The position numbers and the translations under genes were made by a program. This document shows, one piece after another, positions 39,459 through 48,907 of a stretch of DNA of 64,000 nt. The stretch is taken from contig CAVPOM010000013.1 of assembly GCA_963707025.1 (NCBI GenBank), forward strand, positions 32,001 through 96,000, written 5' to 3'. Under the pieces are notes generated by a model that did not search any database, was not told where the DNA came from, and worked only from the letters and a program-made list of their open reading frames with translations. How positions within the stretch are numbered: position 1 is the stretch's first letter; each line of letters opens with the position of its first letter. This DNA comes from an uncultured Verrucomicrobiae bacterium (lineage in GTDB: Bacteria; Verrucomicrobiota; Verrucomicrobiia; Limisphaerales; Palsa-1400).

Positions 39459-41503
39459 GTGTTGTTTATTGTTGACGCTCCGGCGCCGGCGGCCAGCCTC
39501 ATGGCCGCGAATCCATCCCGGCCGGCCTCCACCGAAACAGGCGCTTTGCTCTTTTCGTCGGCCCATTCCAGCAGATCGGCGGGCAGTTCCTTCAAAAAGG
39601 GCGAAGGATGGCAGGGAAGAGGTTGCCCATATCTTTTGCGCGCCGCGCAATGGCTCAAGGTCACCGTCTGCATGGCCCGCGTCAGCGCCACGTAAAAAAG
39701 CCGCCGCTCCTCGTCCAGCGTGCCTTCCACTTTCGCCCTGGCATGAGGCAGCAAACCATCCTCCAGACCGACAATATAGACATGCGGAAATTCCAGCCCC
39801 TTGCAACTGTGCATCGTGATCAGCGTCACCGCGTCTCCGGTCTGTTCCTTTTCCTCCTCCCGGTCGGAGTCCAGCGCCAGATCATCCAGGAAATTCTCCA
39901 CCTGCCCGGCCGTGTTGCCGGCGCTCGTGCCGAGGGTCGCCAGCAATTCGCGCAGATTGCGCACCCGGTTGTCGGCCGCCTCCGGGTTTTTCTCGCCGCG
40001 CCGCAATTCGGCTTCGTAATCAATTTCCCGCACAAAACTCTCCGCCCACTGCCGCGGCGAAAGCGCCCCCTCCCGCAACGCCGCCTGCTGCCGCTCGATC
40101 AAAGCCACATAAGCGCCCACCGCGGCCCGCGTTCTGGGGACGAATCCGGCCAGCACGTCGCTGTGTCGCATCGCGGCAAAAACCGGGCAGCCGCGCTCCT
40201 GGCTGGCCGCCAGCAGGCGCTCCATCGTCACCTCGCTCAGCCCGCGGGCCTGCACGTTGGCCACCCGCAGCAGGCTGATGTCGTCGTGCGGGTTGAGGAA
40301 CGTTTTCAGGTAGGCCAGAAAATCCTTGATTTCGCGCCGGTCAAAATAGCTTTGCCCGCCGATGAGATGATAGCGGATGCCGGCCTGGCGCAGGGCCGTT
40401 TCCAGCGGCCGCCCCTGCTGGTTGGTGCGAAACAGCACCGCCTGCTCCCGCCACGGCACCCGCCGCGCCAGCCGCGCGTATTCGATTTGCTCGGCGGTGT
40501 GGCGCGCCTCCTCCTCGTCGTCGGCAAAGCTGTGCAGCAGGATTTTGGACCCGCGCCCTTTCTGCGACCAAAGCTGCTTGGGGCGGCGCCGGGCATTATT
40601 CTTAATGACAGCATTGGCGGCCGAGAGGATGGTGGCCGTCGAGCGGTAATTCTGCTCCAGGCGGATGACTTTGACCCCCGGAAAATGCTTTTCCATGTCC
40701 AGCAAATTGGCCGTCTCCGCCCCGCGCCATCCGTAAATGCTCTGGTCGTCGTCGCCCACCACGCAGAGATTGCCGTGGGCCAGGGTCAGTTGGCGCACGA
40801 GCTGGAACTGGGCCGCGTTGGTGTCCTGGTACTCGTCCACCATCACATAGCGATACCGGGCCTGGCAGGCCGCCAGCGCCCCGGCATGCCCGGCAAACAG
40901 TTGCAGGGTGAGCAGAATCAAATCGTCGAAATCCACCGCGTTGCAGGCGCGCAACGCGCTCTGATACCGCTTGCTCACATGCTCCGCCAGCGCCGCCGTG
41001 TTGGGGTCGCCGAACACCGCCGCCCGCCCGCCGCCGTTTTTATGCCGGCTGAGCAGGCGGAGCACCTCGCCCGCATCGGCCTTGGCCGCCTTGTCGGATA
41101 TGTGGCTGAGAATTTTTTTGACCGCGCCGAGTTGCTCCGCTTCGCTGTAAATAACAAAATTGCGCTTGTAGCCCAGCCGCTCGATGTGCTGGCGCAGGAT
41201 GCGCGCGCACAGGGAATGAAAGGTGCAGATGGTGGGCCCCGGCGCTTTCCCGGCCTCGCCGGCCGGCTGGAAGCGGCGCGGGATGAGCTTGAAAACACGC
41301 TCCTTCATTTCGCGCGCCGCCTTGTTGGTGAACGTCACCGCCAGGATGTGGCCCGGCGCCACGCCCCTTTCGATCAGATGCGCCACCCGCGCCGTGATGA
41401 CCCGCGTTTTCCCCGTGCCCGCTCCGGCCAGAATCAAGACCGCCCCTTCGGTCGTTTCGACCGCCTGGCGCTGCGGTGGATTAAGCGGGGCGAGGGAGGA
41501 CAT
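39431..41503 (-). CDS. ATP-dependent DNA helicase UvrD/Rep/PcrA family
   Basis: LAGAGTGKT, TFTNKAA, VDEYQDTN, VGDDDQSIYGWRGA, EQNYRS, TMHSCKGLEF and EERRLFYVALTRA. Confidence 0.95.
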   Translation of the reverse strand: MSSLAPLNPPQRQAVETTEGAVLILAGAGTGKTRVITARVAHLIERGVAPGHILAVTFTNKAAREMKERVFKLIPRRFQPAGEAGKAPGPTICTFHSLCARILRQHIERLGYKRNFVIYSEAEQLGAVKKILSHISDKAAKADAGEVLRLLSRHKNGGGRAAVFGDPNTAALAEHVSKRYQSALRACNAVDFDDLILLTLQLFAGHAGALAACQARYRYVMVDEYQDTNAAQFQLVRQLTLAHGNLCVVGDDDQSIYGWRGAETANLLDMEKHFPGVKVIRLEQNYRSTATILSAANAVIKNNARRRPKQLWSQKGRGSKILLHSFADDEEEARHTAEQIEYARLARRVPWREQAVLFRTNQQGRPLETALRQAGIRYHLIGGQSYFDRREIKDFLAYLKTFLNPHDDISLLRVANVQARGLSEVTMERLLAASQERGCPVFAAMRHSDVLAGFVPRTRAAVGAYVALIERQQAALREGALSPRQWAESFVREIDYEAELRRGEKNPEAADNRVRNLRELLATLGTSAGNTAGQVENFLDDLALDSDREEEKEQTGDAVTLITMHSCKGLEFPHVYIVGLEDGLLPHARAKVEGTLDEERRLFYVALTRAMQTVTLSHCAARKRYGQPLPCHPSPFLKELPADLLEWADEKSKAPVSVEAGRDGFAAMRLAAGAGASTINNTAGRDSVEP

Positions 41504-41801
41504 GGCAGAATGGCGGATTGTTTACCCTCCGTAGGCTCGGCGAAGGAGGGCGGATTTCCTCCTCCGCTAAAGCTACTGAGGACAGGGTGAATTGCGGATT
41601 GCGACGCACGCGCAAGCCTGCCGGTCGCGTCGCCGCTCTGCGCCGACGTGGATGGATGGTCGGGCACACCCCAAAATCTTTCGGGGCCGGCCCCTGGCGG
41701 ATTGCCAATGGAGCGATGGACGCTGCGATATCATGGCCCCGATTATGCCGCCTCTTCACCACCCGTCAAGACACCGGGTCGTGTGGCAGTGCCTTAATTT
41801 G

Positions 41802-41851
41802 GTGTAGAGTCGAGCCTGTGGCTCGACTTCGGCGCACAGCGCCGACACTAC
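41802..41851. repeat. GTAG-type REP doublet
   Basis: tgtagagtcgagcctgtggctcgact followed by tcggcgcacagcgccgacactaca. Confidence 0.65.
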
Positions 41852-42219
41852 AACAATGCAATTAAGGCACTACCAGTCGCGTCCCAAATCCTGGCCGAAT
41901 CCGGACGCGATAGATTCCGGGGAGCACACGTCCCGATTCCGAATCGGGATGTCGCGGGCCGCGCCCTCGCGTCCCGCCTCAGACTCCCCTCGTCAGAAGC
42001 TCCGCCCCGGATTTCTCTTTACCGCTCCGCTCCTCCATTTTACTTTCCATCCATGGCGAAGAAAACCCCGACTGCGGAAGACCAGCCCGTTCCCCAGGGC
42101 GCGGACTCAAACCCAACGCCGCTTGCCCGCCGCCCCTCCTCACTGGTGGACATCGCTCCATCCAGGTTGAGGAGCGCGCCTTCCGGTTTGAAGAAGACGA
42201 CGAAACCGAGGGAGAAAAA

Positions 42220-42975
42220 GTGAGCTGGCCCAATCCGGAAAGATTTGGCGATTTCCTTGTCTTTGTTGACGAGAGCGGCGACCACGGGCTGGCGCGTGTT
42301 GACCCCGGTTATCCCATTTTCGTCCTGGCCTTCTGCCTGTTCGCGAAAGACGATTACATCGAGCGGATTGCCTCGGCCTTGCAGCACTTGAAGTTTCGTT
42401 TTTGGGGTCACGACGAGCAAGTGCTGCACGAGCATGAGATTCGGAAGCCCAACAAGTATTACGGCTTCCTTTTCGATCCAGCCAAACGCACAGAGTTCCT
42501 CGACGCGATAAACAAGCTAGTGGACGAAGCGTCATTCCAACTTGTGGCAGCGGTCATTCGCAAGCTGGAGTTTCGTAACCAGCATGCGTTGCCGGGCAAT
42601 CCTTACGACTTGGCATTACAGTTTGGACTGGAACGAATCTACCTGGAACTGAACAGGCGCGGGCAGGCGGGCAAAATCACGCACATCATCGTGGAAAAAC
42701 GTGGGGAAAAGGAGGACAACCAACTTGAACTGGCCTTTCGCCGGATTTGTGCCGGTGCGAACGCCCTGAACCAACGGTTGCCGTTTGAACTGGTGATGAT
42801 TCCCAAGGCCTCCAACTCAACCGGTTTGCAGATTGCCGACTTGGTGGCGCGTCCCATCGGGATCAAGGTGCTACGACCGGCGCAACCGAACCGGGCGCAT
42901 GACATTGTGGCCAAGAAGTTCTGTCGCAGCCCGGCGGGCGAAATGAAAGACTGGGGATTGAAGGTGGTTCCCTGA
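42220..42975 (+). CDS. DUF3800 domain protein (RNase H-like acidic motifs)
   Basis: N-terminal VFVDESGD, HEHEIRK, IVEKRG and C-terminal GLQIADLVARPIG. Confidence 0.85.
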   Translation: MSWPNPERFGDFLVFVDESGDHGLARVDPGYPIFVLAFCLFAKDDYIERIASALQHLKFRFWGHDEQVLHEHEIRKPNKYYGFLFDPAKRTEFLDAINKLVDEASFQLVAAVIRKLEFRNQHALPGNPYDLALQFGLERIYLELNRRGQAGKITHIIVEKRGEKEDNQLELAFRRICAGANALNQRLPFELVMIPKASNSTGLQIADLVARPIGIKVLRPAQPNRAHDIVAKKFCRSPAGEMKDWGLKVVP

Positions 42976-43050
42976 AAATGCGAAGGGCCTCCGGGAAACC
43001 CAGAAGCCCAGCGCCGACCGGAGATTTCCAGTCCGACTTGAGCAGAACAT
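42976..43050 (+). ncRNA. Candidate DUF3800-associated structured RNA
   Basis: Two hairpins right after the stop (gggcctccggg-aaa-cccagaagccc; gaccgga-gatt-tccagtc) with no U-tract; DUF3800 genes are known to be flanked by conserved RNA motifs. Confidence 0.55.
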
Positions 43051-43596
43051 GCCCGGCCGGAAAGCAAAAGTCAACTCCCTATAATTTGATGTTGCAAAGA
43101 AAGGGGAAAGGGGGCGGTTCCTGGCATTGCCGCATGGTTGACAAGGCAGGTCATGGCGGGCGTCAGCCATTTTGTCACTTTTACGAGGCGCAGGCCCGCC
43201 CGAAAACGGCTCCTCTGGCGCAGTGCGTCGCTCGGACCCTTGCAGATTGGAGCCTTCCCACTTTTGCCCCATGAGCACTTTTTTTGAACAGAAGCAAACA
43301 ATGGGAACGCGCAAAAACAGCTTCCAGACATCAGCCGTCATGCAAACCTTTGCCAAGTGAAAACGCTGGCAGAAAAATGGAGGCAGAAAAATGAAATTGG
43401 CCCGCTTCGCTCTGAACGGGGGGCAGGGCGTATTATATTTCTGCCCCGGATATTTCTGACATCGTTGGAGAGAAAGATCGGAAACTGCTTTTGCGCGCGC
43501 CCAAAAAAAACGAAGAGCGGCAACTCCTTCGTTGCCTTCTGTTCGCCTTGGCCGCTTTGCCTTGAAAGCTCTTTCTTATCCGTGGAATCCGCGAAA

Positions 43597-43630
43597 CCTG
43601 TCCTCCGTAGGCCGGGCGAAGGAGGATCCG
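43597..43630. repeat. CCTGTCCTCCG...GGAGGAT hairpin repeat family (also ~41524-41587, 44083-44115, 46375-46407)
   Basis: cctgtcctccgtaggccgggcgaaggaggat and variants. Confidence 0.65.
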
Positions 43631-43757
43631 TAATTCAATTCCGCTGGTTTCAGTTTGCCTTTCTTGGCGTCTTGCCGTTCACTATGGGGCGACAAATGTA
43701 TCCAAGTACCTAATGATTAAGACCTTGCAAAAATCCGCATCCTTCCGCATTTTTCCT

Positions 43758-43785
43758 TTGACAATCCGTGTGTAAATGCTAATCT
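43758..43785 (+). promoter_or_regulatory. Putative sigma70 promoter reading toward the intron
   Basis: TTGACA-16 bp-TAATCT with an extended TG. Confidence 0.45.
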
Positions 43786-43810
43786 TTCCTGAGTTATGAG
43801 GGCCGTCCAT

Positions 43811-43897
43811 ATGGAGTGCGGGAGCTGGCTCCCGCTTTTGCGCCGGGAACGATTCCCGGAAAGCAAAGCGGCGCCGGCCCGCCGGCACACTCCAAAG
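43811..43897. repeat. GGAGTGCG-type REP doublet
   Basis: tggagtgcgggagctggctcccgctttt ... aaagcggcgccggcccgccggcacactccaaa. Confidence 0.65.
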
Positions 43898-44060
43898 TGT
43901 CCGCGGTTCCCAGTCCAACAGACGGCCCCGGCGAGGGTCTTGGAATCCGCTTCATCCTGTTCATCCTCTGCCTTCCGCTTGCCGCGCCGCAGGCTTGGCG
44001 GAGGCGGGATGTCGCGCCAATCTGTCGCACCCCTGCAAACCATGTCGTTATCCCCCTGCT

Positions 44061-44118
44061 TCCCATTTTGCATTTTGCATTTCCTGTCCTCCCGCAGCCA
44101 TGCGGAGGCGGATGCATT
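44061..44118 (+). repeat. 58-bp direct repeat, copy 1 (upstream of the intron)
   Basis: 56/58 identical to 46353-46410. Confidence 0.85.
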
Positions 44119-44264
44119 TTGCATTTGTCTCCTGCCGGTCAAACCGGTCAAACCCAAGGCTGTCCGGTCAAGGAGGGGATAAAAATGTGGAAGGCCCTTG
44201 CCTGCAAGGTGTTGCAGAGCCATTTGGACGTGATCGAAGCAGAGGCGGTCAAACCGAGTCAAAC

Positions 44265-46222
44265 GTTGCGCCAGTGAAGTTGGTTGGAACGCGGGTGAAA
44301 GTCCCGTCCGTCGAATTAGGCTGTTCACGACGGAACACGACCTCAACAGCGCCGCCGCGAGGCGGGGTTGGAAGCTGAGGGAGATGAACAGACGGGCCGT
44401 AATGAAAATGAACCACATCCAATGAGCCTCGATAAGTTTAGAACCGGAGACAAGCCGAGCCGCTGTTTGACCGGCGAAGGCCGCAGGGAGGAGGCAGGGC
44501 AACAGTCAGAGCCTTCTCAACGCTCCGGCGGGGTCGGCGTGGACGGCACGTCTGGAAGTTCAACCAAGGTAAGCTGGGAGAACTCCGGCGGCGGGCGGCC
44601 AGCCCAACCGCCCGCGCAAGCTGGCAAGACCAGTCAGGCGAGCGGCCCTGCCGGAGAAGTCGGAGTTCCTCATAGTAGCGTGGACTTGTTTGCGCTCCAG
44701 GCGGATTTCCGCCGGGAGTTGCGCGAGCGAACGCAAAGGGGGAACACTTGCTCAATGCGTGGAGGCGAAGCGAAGGATGCGGGGATGGCCGGGGCGACCC
44801 GGATAGCAACCCCGGAGAAAGTTCGGCAGCTTCAAATCGCGCTCTATCGGAAAGCCAAAGCAGAGCCGAAGTATCGGTTCTGGAGCCTGTATGGGGAATT
44901 GCTGCGCAAGGACGTGCTCGAAACCGCCTTGGCAGCGCAACAGCGCAACGGCGGGGCCGCGGGAGTGGACGGACAGAGTATGGAGTCCATCACCGCCGAC
45001 CCGGCCCTGCGCCAGCAATGGCTCGACCGCCTGCAAGCAGAACTCAAAGCCAAGACGTATCGGGCCAGCCCGGTGCGGCGGGTGATGATTCCCAAGAGCA
45101 GCGGAGGGGAACGGCCGTTGGGCATCCCGACGGTCAAGGACCGGGTGGTGCAAACGGCGGTGTATCTGGTGCTGATGCCGATCTTGGAGGCGGACTTTCA
45201 TCCGCGCTCCTACGGCTTTCGGCCCAAACGCCGGGCACACCAAGCCATTGCGGAAATCCAACAAGCAGTGCAGCAAGGCTACGTGGAAATCATCGACGCG
45301 GACCTGACGAAATATTTCGACACGATTCCGCACCGGGAACTGATGAAGGCCGTGGCCCGGCGGGTCAGCGACGGCAGCGTGCTGCGGCTCCTCAAGAGCT
45401 GGCTGCGCGCCCCGGTCGCGGAGGAAGACCAGGACGGCACCAAGCGAGTGATCCCCAACCGGCGCGGCACGCCGCAAGGCGGGGTCATCTCGCCGCTGCT
45501 GGCCAACCTCTACCTCAACCCGCTGGATCACGGGGTGAACGAGAAAACCTCCGGCCAAGCCCGCATGGTGCGCTACGCCGATGACTTTGTCATCGCGTGC
45601 GCGGCGGGGTGCGGCGGAGGGCTGATAGCGCGGCTCAAGAAATGGCTTCGAGCCAAAGGGCTGACCCTCAACGAAGTCAAAACCCGAATTGTGAACATTC
45701 GCAAGGAAGGGATCAACTTCCTGGGCTTCAACCTGACCTGGCGCAAGTCCTTTGGAGGGCGCGGCTACCTGCACGTTCAACCCAGCCAGAAAAGCCGGGG
45801 GCCCTGCGCGAGAAACTGGGCGGCATCCTCAACCACTGGACGCAGGGGCGTCCGATACAGGAGGTGGTCAAAGAGGTCAACCAAGTCTTGCGCGGATGGG
45901 CGGGCTACTTCCACTACGGCAACAGCGTCTCGGTGATGAACCGGATGAAACACTACAGCCAAAACCGTTTTCGGCGCTGGCTGTGGCGCAAACACGGTTG
46001 CCGCCGCAGCCTGTGGGAACACTACGTTCCCGAGCAGTTGCACCAGCGTTATGGACTCTATGAACTGCCGACCACGGCGAAGTGGAAGGCGGCCCGATGA
46101 ATGAGTTCGGAGAGCCGAATATGGGAAATCCGTCCGTTCGGTTCGATGAGGGGCGAAGTGGCAGCGCGAGACTGACAACTGCGGTCAGTTCAATCCGCCT
46201 CCTTCCACTTCGCCTACTCTAC
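44265..46222 (+). mobile_element. Group II intron (full length, RT/maturase without endonuclease domain)
   Basis: 5' (G)TTGCG; EBS1 loop GTTTGAC at 44465-44471 is complementary to exon GTCAAAC at 44258-44264; domain V gAGCcgaatatgGGAAatccgtccgttcggttc at 46112-46144; domain VI ending CCTACTCTAC. Confidence 0.92.
44785..46100 (+). CDS. ltrA: Group II intron reverse transcriptase/maturase; apparent 1-nt deletion in a G5 run at 45797-45801
   Basis: GAAGVDG, RPLGIPTVKDRVVQ, SYGFRP, GTPQGGVISPLLANLYL, RYADD and FLGF; the X domain (VNQVLRGWAGYF) continues in another frame. Confidence 0.9.
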
Positions 46223-46352
46223 CATTTTTTAACCATGACCAACCCTGACCATGAGCCGCCACCCCGCCCTGTCCGCTCCGGGATTAAATCCGGTTCGCCC
46301 GAGACTGGCGCGGTTCCGGGTGCGCGGAAAGTCGCGGGCATTCGTGGATTCC

Positions 46353-46410
46353 TCCCATTTTGCATTTTGCATTTCCTGTCCTCCCGCAGCCATGCGCAGG
46401 AGGATGCATT
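46353..46410 (+). repeat. 58-bp direct repeat, copy 2 (downstream of the intron)
   Basis: See 44061-44118. Confidence 0.85.
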
Positions 46411-46577
46411 CTGGGCATTCTGCATTTCTTCCACCGCTCCACCACACCCGGGCGCTGGGTCCCAATCAAGGCAATCAAGGCCAATCAAGGTGTTTTTAAA
46501 CCAGTTTGCCCATTGACAAAAACGCAGTTTGCCATTGTCTTTTAAGCGGGGCATGCTGGGACAACGCCCTGGACCAA

Positions 46578-47237
46578 ATGGAGACCGAATACAAAATCAT
46601 CGGCGGAGACGGAGCCGAATACGGCCCGGCCTCGCTGGACGAATTGAAAAGCTGGATCGGCGACGGCCGCGTGGCCGGCTCGACGCAGGTTTGGCGCAGT
46701 GATCTGGCCCTGTGGACGCCGGCGGCCCGCTACGCCGAACTGCATCAGGCCCTGGCGCGGCTCCATGCTTCGCTGTCCCCGGCGGCGCAGGGCCGGACGC
46801 TGCGCGCGGCGGGATTTTGGCCGCGTCTGGGAGCTTACCTGCTGGACCGGGTGGTGCTGGCCATGCTTTTTCGATTGATTTGCCAGTGGAAACATTGGGA
46901 GATGCCCATCTTTCCGGAGGTGTTAAACAAGGATACCTTTCAGCAATACCTGGACCAATGCGCCCAATTGTTGCCCTACTGGCTGGTCTTGACCGTGCTC
47001 TATGATGTGCTGCTCAACGGAACCTTTGGCGCCACCTTGGGCAAGATGGCGGTGGGCGCGAAAATTATCGGCGCGGACGGTTCCGCGCTCGGCTACAGCC
47101 GGGCGCTGTTGCGCTCGCTGGCGGCGCGCTTCACCGAGATGATGCTCTGCGTCGGCTACCTGTGGATTGTGGTGCGCTCCGACAAACGGGGCCTGCACGA
47201 TCTGCTGGCTGGCACGCGGGTGGTTTTGCAACGATGA
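46578..47237 (+). CDS. RDD family membrane protein with N-terminal GYF_2-like domain
   Basis: YKIIGGDGAEYGP...W; AGFWPRLGAYLLD, ATLGK and KRGLHDLLAGTRVV. Confidence 0.85.
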   Translation: METEYKIIGGDGAEYGPASLDELKSWIGDGRVAGSTQVWRSDLALWTPAARYAELHQALARLHASLSPAAQGRTLRAAGFWPRLGAYLLDRVVLAMLFRLICQWKHWEMPIFPEVLNKDTFQQYLDQCAQLLPYWLVLTVLYDVLLNGTFGATLGKMAVGAKIIGADGSALGYSRALLRSLAARFTEMMLCVGYLWIVVRSDKRGLHDLLAGTRVVLQR

Positions 47238-47761
47238 ACTCCCCCGGCAACCGGCGCATGATATTGATCGCGGCCCTGGTCCTGGCGCTGGATCAAGCGA
47301 CCAAAAACCTGGTGCTCCAATTCCTGGGGCCCCGGCAGGACCGGATCATCATTGACGGGTTTTTCCGGCTGGTCAACTGGGGCAACACGGGCGCGGCCTG
47401 GAGCCTGTTCCGCGACCGCAACGAGGTGCTGGCCTGGGTCTCCGCGGCCGCCCTGGCGGGCCTGGTGGTGTGGCGCCGCCATTTCCACGTCCAAACCCTG
47501 CTGGGCCAGATTTCCCTGGGCCTGATCTGCGGGGGCATCGCCGGAAATCTTATTGACAGAATCAACCCCGCGCGCCACCAGGTGGTTGATTTTCTGCGCT
47601 TTTATCTCTACACCCGCAACGGCGCGGAAATCGGCTTCCCCGCCTTCAACGTGGCCGACAGCGCGATTTGCGTGGGCGTCGGATTGCTTATCCTGGTTTC
47701 CTGCCGCCTGGAATCCGCCGCCCCCGCCCGCTCCGCGCCGGAAGCGGGGGTGGAAAATTGA
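47234..47761 (+). CDS. lspA: Signal peptidase II
   Basis: LDQATK, NTGAAWS, GNLIDR, VVDF and PAFNVADSAI. Confidence 0.95.
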   Translation: MNSPGNRRMILIAALVLALDQATKNLVLQFLGPRQDRIIIDGFFRLVNWGNTGAAWSLFRDRNEVLAWVSAAALAGLVVWRRHFHVQTLLGQISLGLICGGIAGNLIDRINPARHQVVDFLRFYLYTRNGAEIGFPAFNVADSAICVGVGLLILVSCRLESAAPARSAPEAGVEN

Positions 47762-47806
47762 GCGGGGCGCATGGCGGAGGGTGGAGGCAGAGGTTGAGTT
47801 GCCCAA

Positions 47807-48781
47807 ATGGAAGGGCCTTCTTTGAACTCGCGACGTGAAATCACGGTGGGGCAGTCGCTTCCGCTGGAGCGGCTGGACGCGTTTTTGCGGACGCAGTTTC
47901 CCGGCGTCTCGCGCGGGACCATCCAACGGCTCCTGGGCCAGGGCCATATCCGGGTCAATGGCCGGCCGGCCAAACCGTCCCATCATCCCCGGGCCGGCGA
48001 AGTCGTCAGCGTGTCCTGGCCGGAGGCCGGGCCGCCCCAAGCCGGGCCGGAGGACATCCCGCTGGACATTCTTTACGAAGACGAGGACCTGCTGGCGCTG
48101 AACAAGCCGCCCGGGCTGGTCGTTCACCCGGCGGCCGGCCACCCGGCCCATACGCTGGTCAACGCCCTGCTCCATCATTGCGCCGGACAGCTCAGCGGCA
48201 TCGGCGGGGTGGCGCGGCCCGGCATCGTCCATCGTCTTGACAAGGATACCAGCGGCTGCCTGGTCGTGGCCAAAAACGACGCCGCCCACCTCCATTTGTC
48301 CGGGCAATTTGCCGCCCGCGCGGTGGAAAAGACCTATGAAGCCATCATCTGCGGCCAATGGCCCGGTCCGGGCGGTGAAGTGGACGCCCCCATCGCCCGC
48401 CATCGCCTGGACCGCAAACGCATGGCGGCCGGCGCCGGCCGCCCGGCGCGCACCACCTTCCGCGTGCTGGAATGGCTGCGCGGGGCCACGCGCGTGGAGG
48501 TGGATTTGCACACCGGCCGCACCCATCAAATCCGCGTCCACTTCCAACACCTCGGCTACCCTGTGGTGGGGGACTCGGTTTATGGCCGGCGGCACAACGC
48601 GCGTCTGGTCCAGACCACCGGCTGCCGCGCGCCCCGCCAAATGCTCCACGCCCGCAAACTGGCCCTGACCCATCCCCGCACCGGACGGCGCCTGGTTTTT
48701 GAGGCCCCGATTCCCGCGGATTTCGCTGTCATTTTGCGACTGCTTCGGCTACCATTGTCAATGAAACGACGCGGCGGTTGA
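47807..48781 (+). CDS. rluD: RluA/RluD family pseudouridine synthase with S4 domain
   Basis: RLDAFL, NKPPGLVVHP, HRLDKDTSG, TGRTHQIRVH and QMLHA. Confidence 0.9.
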   Translation: MEGPSLNSRREITVGQSLPLERLDAFLRTQFPGVSRGTIQRLLGQGHIRVNGRPAKPSHHPRAGEVVSVSWPEAGPPQAGPEDIPLDILYEDEDLLALNKPPGLVVHPAAGHPAHTLVNALLHHCAGQLSGIGGVARPGIVHRLDKDTSGCLVVAKNDAAHLHLSGQFAARAVEKTYEAIICGQWPGPGGEVDAPIARHRLDRKRMAAGAGRPARTTFRVLEWLRGATRVEVDLHTGRTHQIRVHFQHLGYPVVGDSVYGRRHNARLVQTTGCRAPRQMLHARKLALTHPRTGRRLVFEAPIPADFAVILRLLRLPLSMKRRGG

Positions 48782-48907
48782 GTCCGATCAGTTTTTTCAA
48801 AGGTTTTTGCAATAAAAGAGCGTCTAATGTGTCGTAGATGATGAGGGAAGCTGGGCTTGGCCAGGGCGGGAGTTGAGGGAAGGTTCTGACAGTCAGCGAG
48901 TTGGAAT

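Noticed and set aside
39608..41590. Long antisense ORFs (this 660-aa one, also 21395..23047, 163..1458, 1492..2865 and many others)
   Set aside because: Shadow ORFs of real genes in high-GC DNA with no recognisable motifs (only the last 76 aa of 21395..23047 is a real gene)
42053..42223. 56-aa ORF overlapping the DUF3800 start as a partner antitoxin
   Set aside because: Low-complexity Pro/Lys-rich sequence with no RBS or motif; cannot be supported
43357..44502. ORFs in the repeat-rich gap (43357..43713, 43796..44182, 43717..44502)
   Set aside because: Translations are made of REP and short-repeat sequence with no protein-like character
44368..44784. N-terminal extension of the 522-aa RT ORF
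   Set aside because: It overlaps ribozyme domains I-III; RT-like sequence begins near ATG 44785
45795..45803. Programmed frameshift in the intron RT
   Set aside because: A G5 homopolymer one base short, consistent with the indel errors seen elsewhere in the window
44785..46100. RT as DGR, retron or defence RT
   Set aside because: It is embedded in a complete ribozyme (EBS1, DV, DVI) and has a maturase X domain. No Avd, and nearby repeats do not differ specifically at adenines
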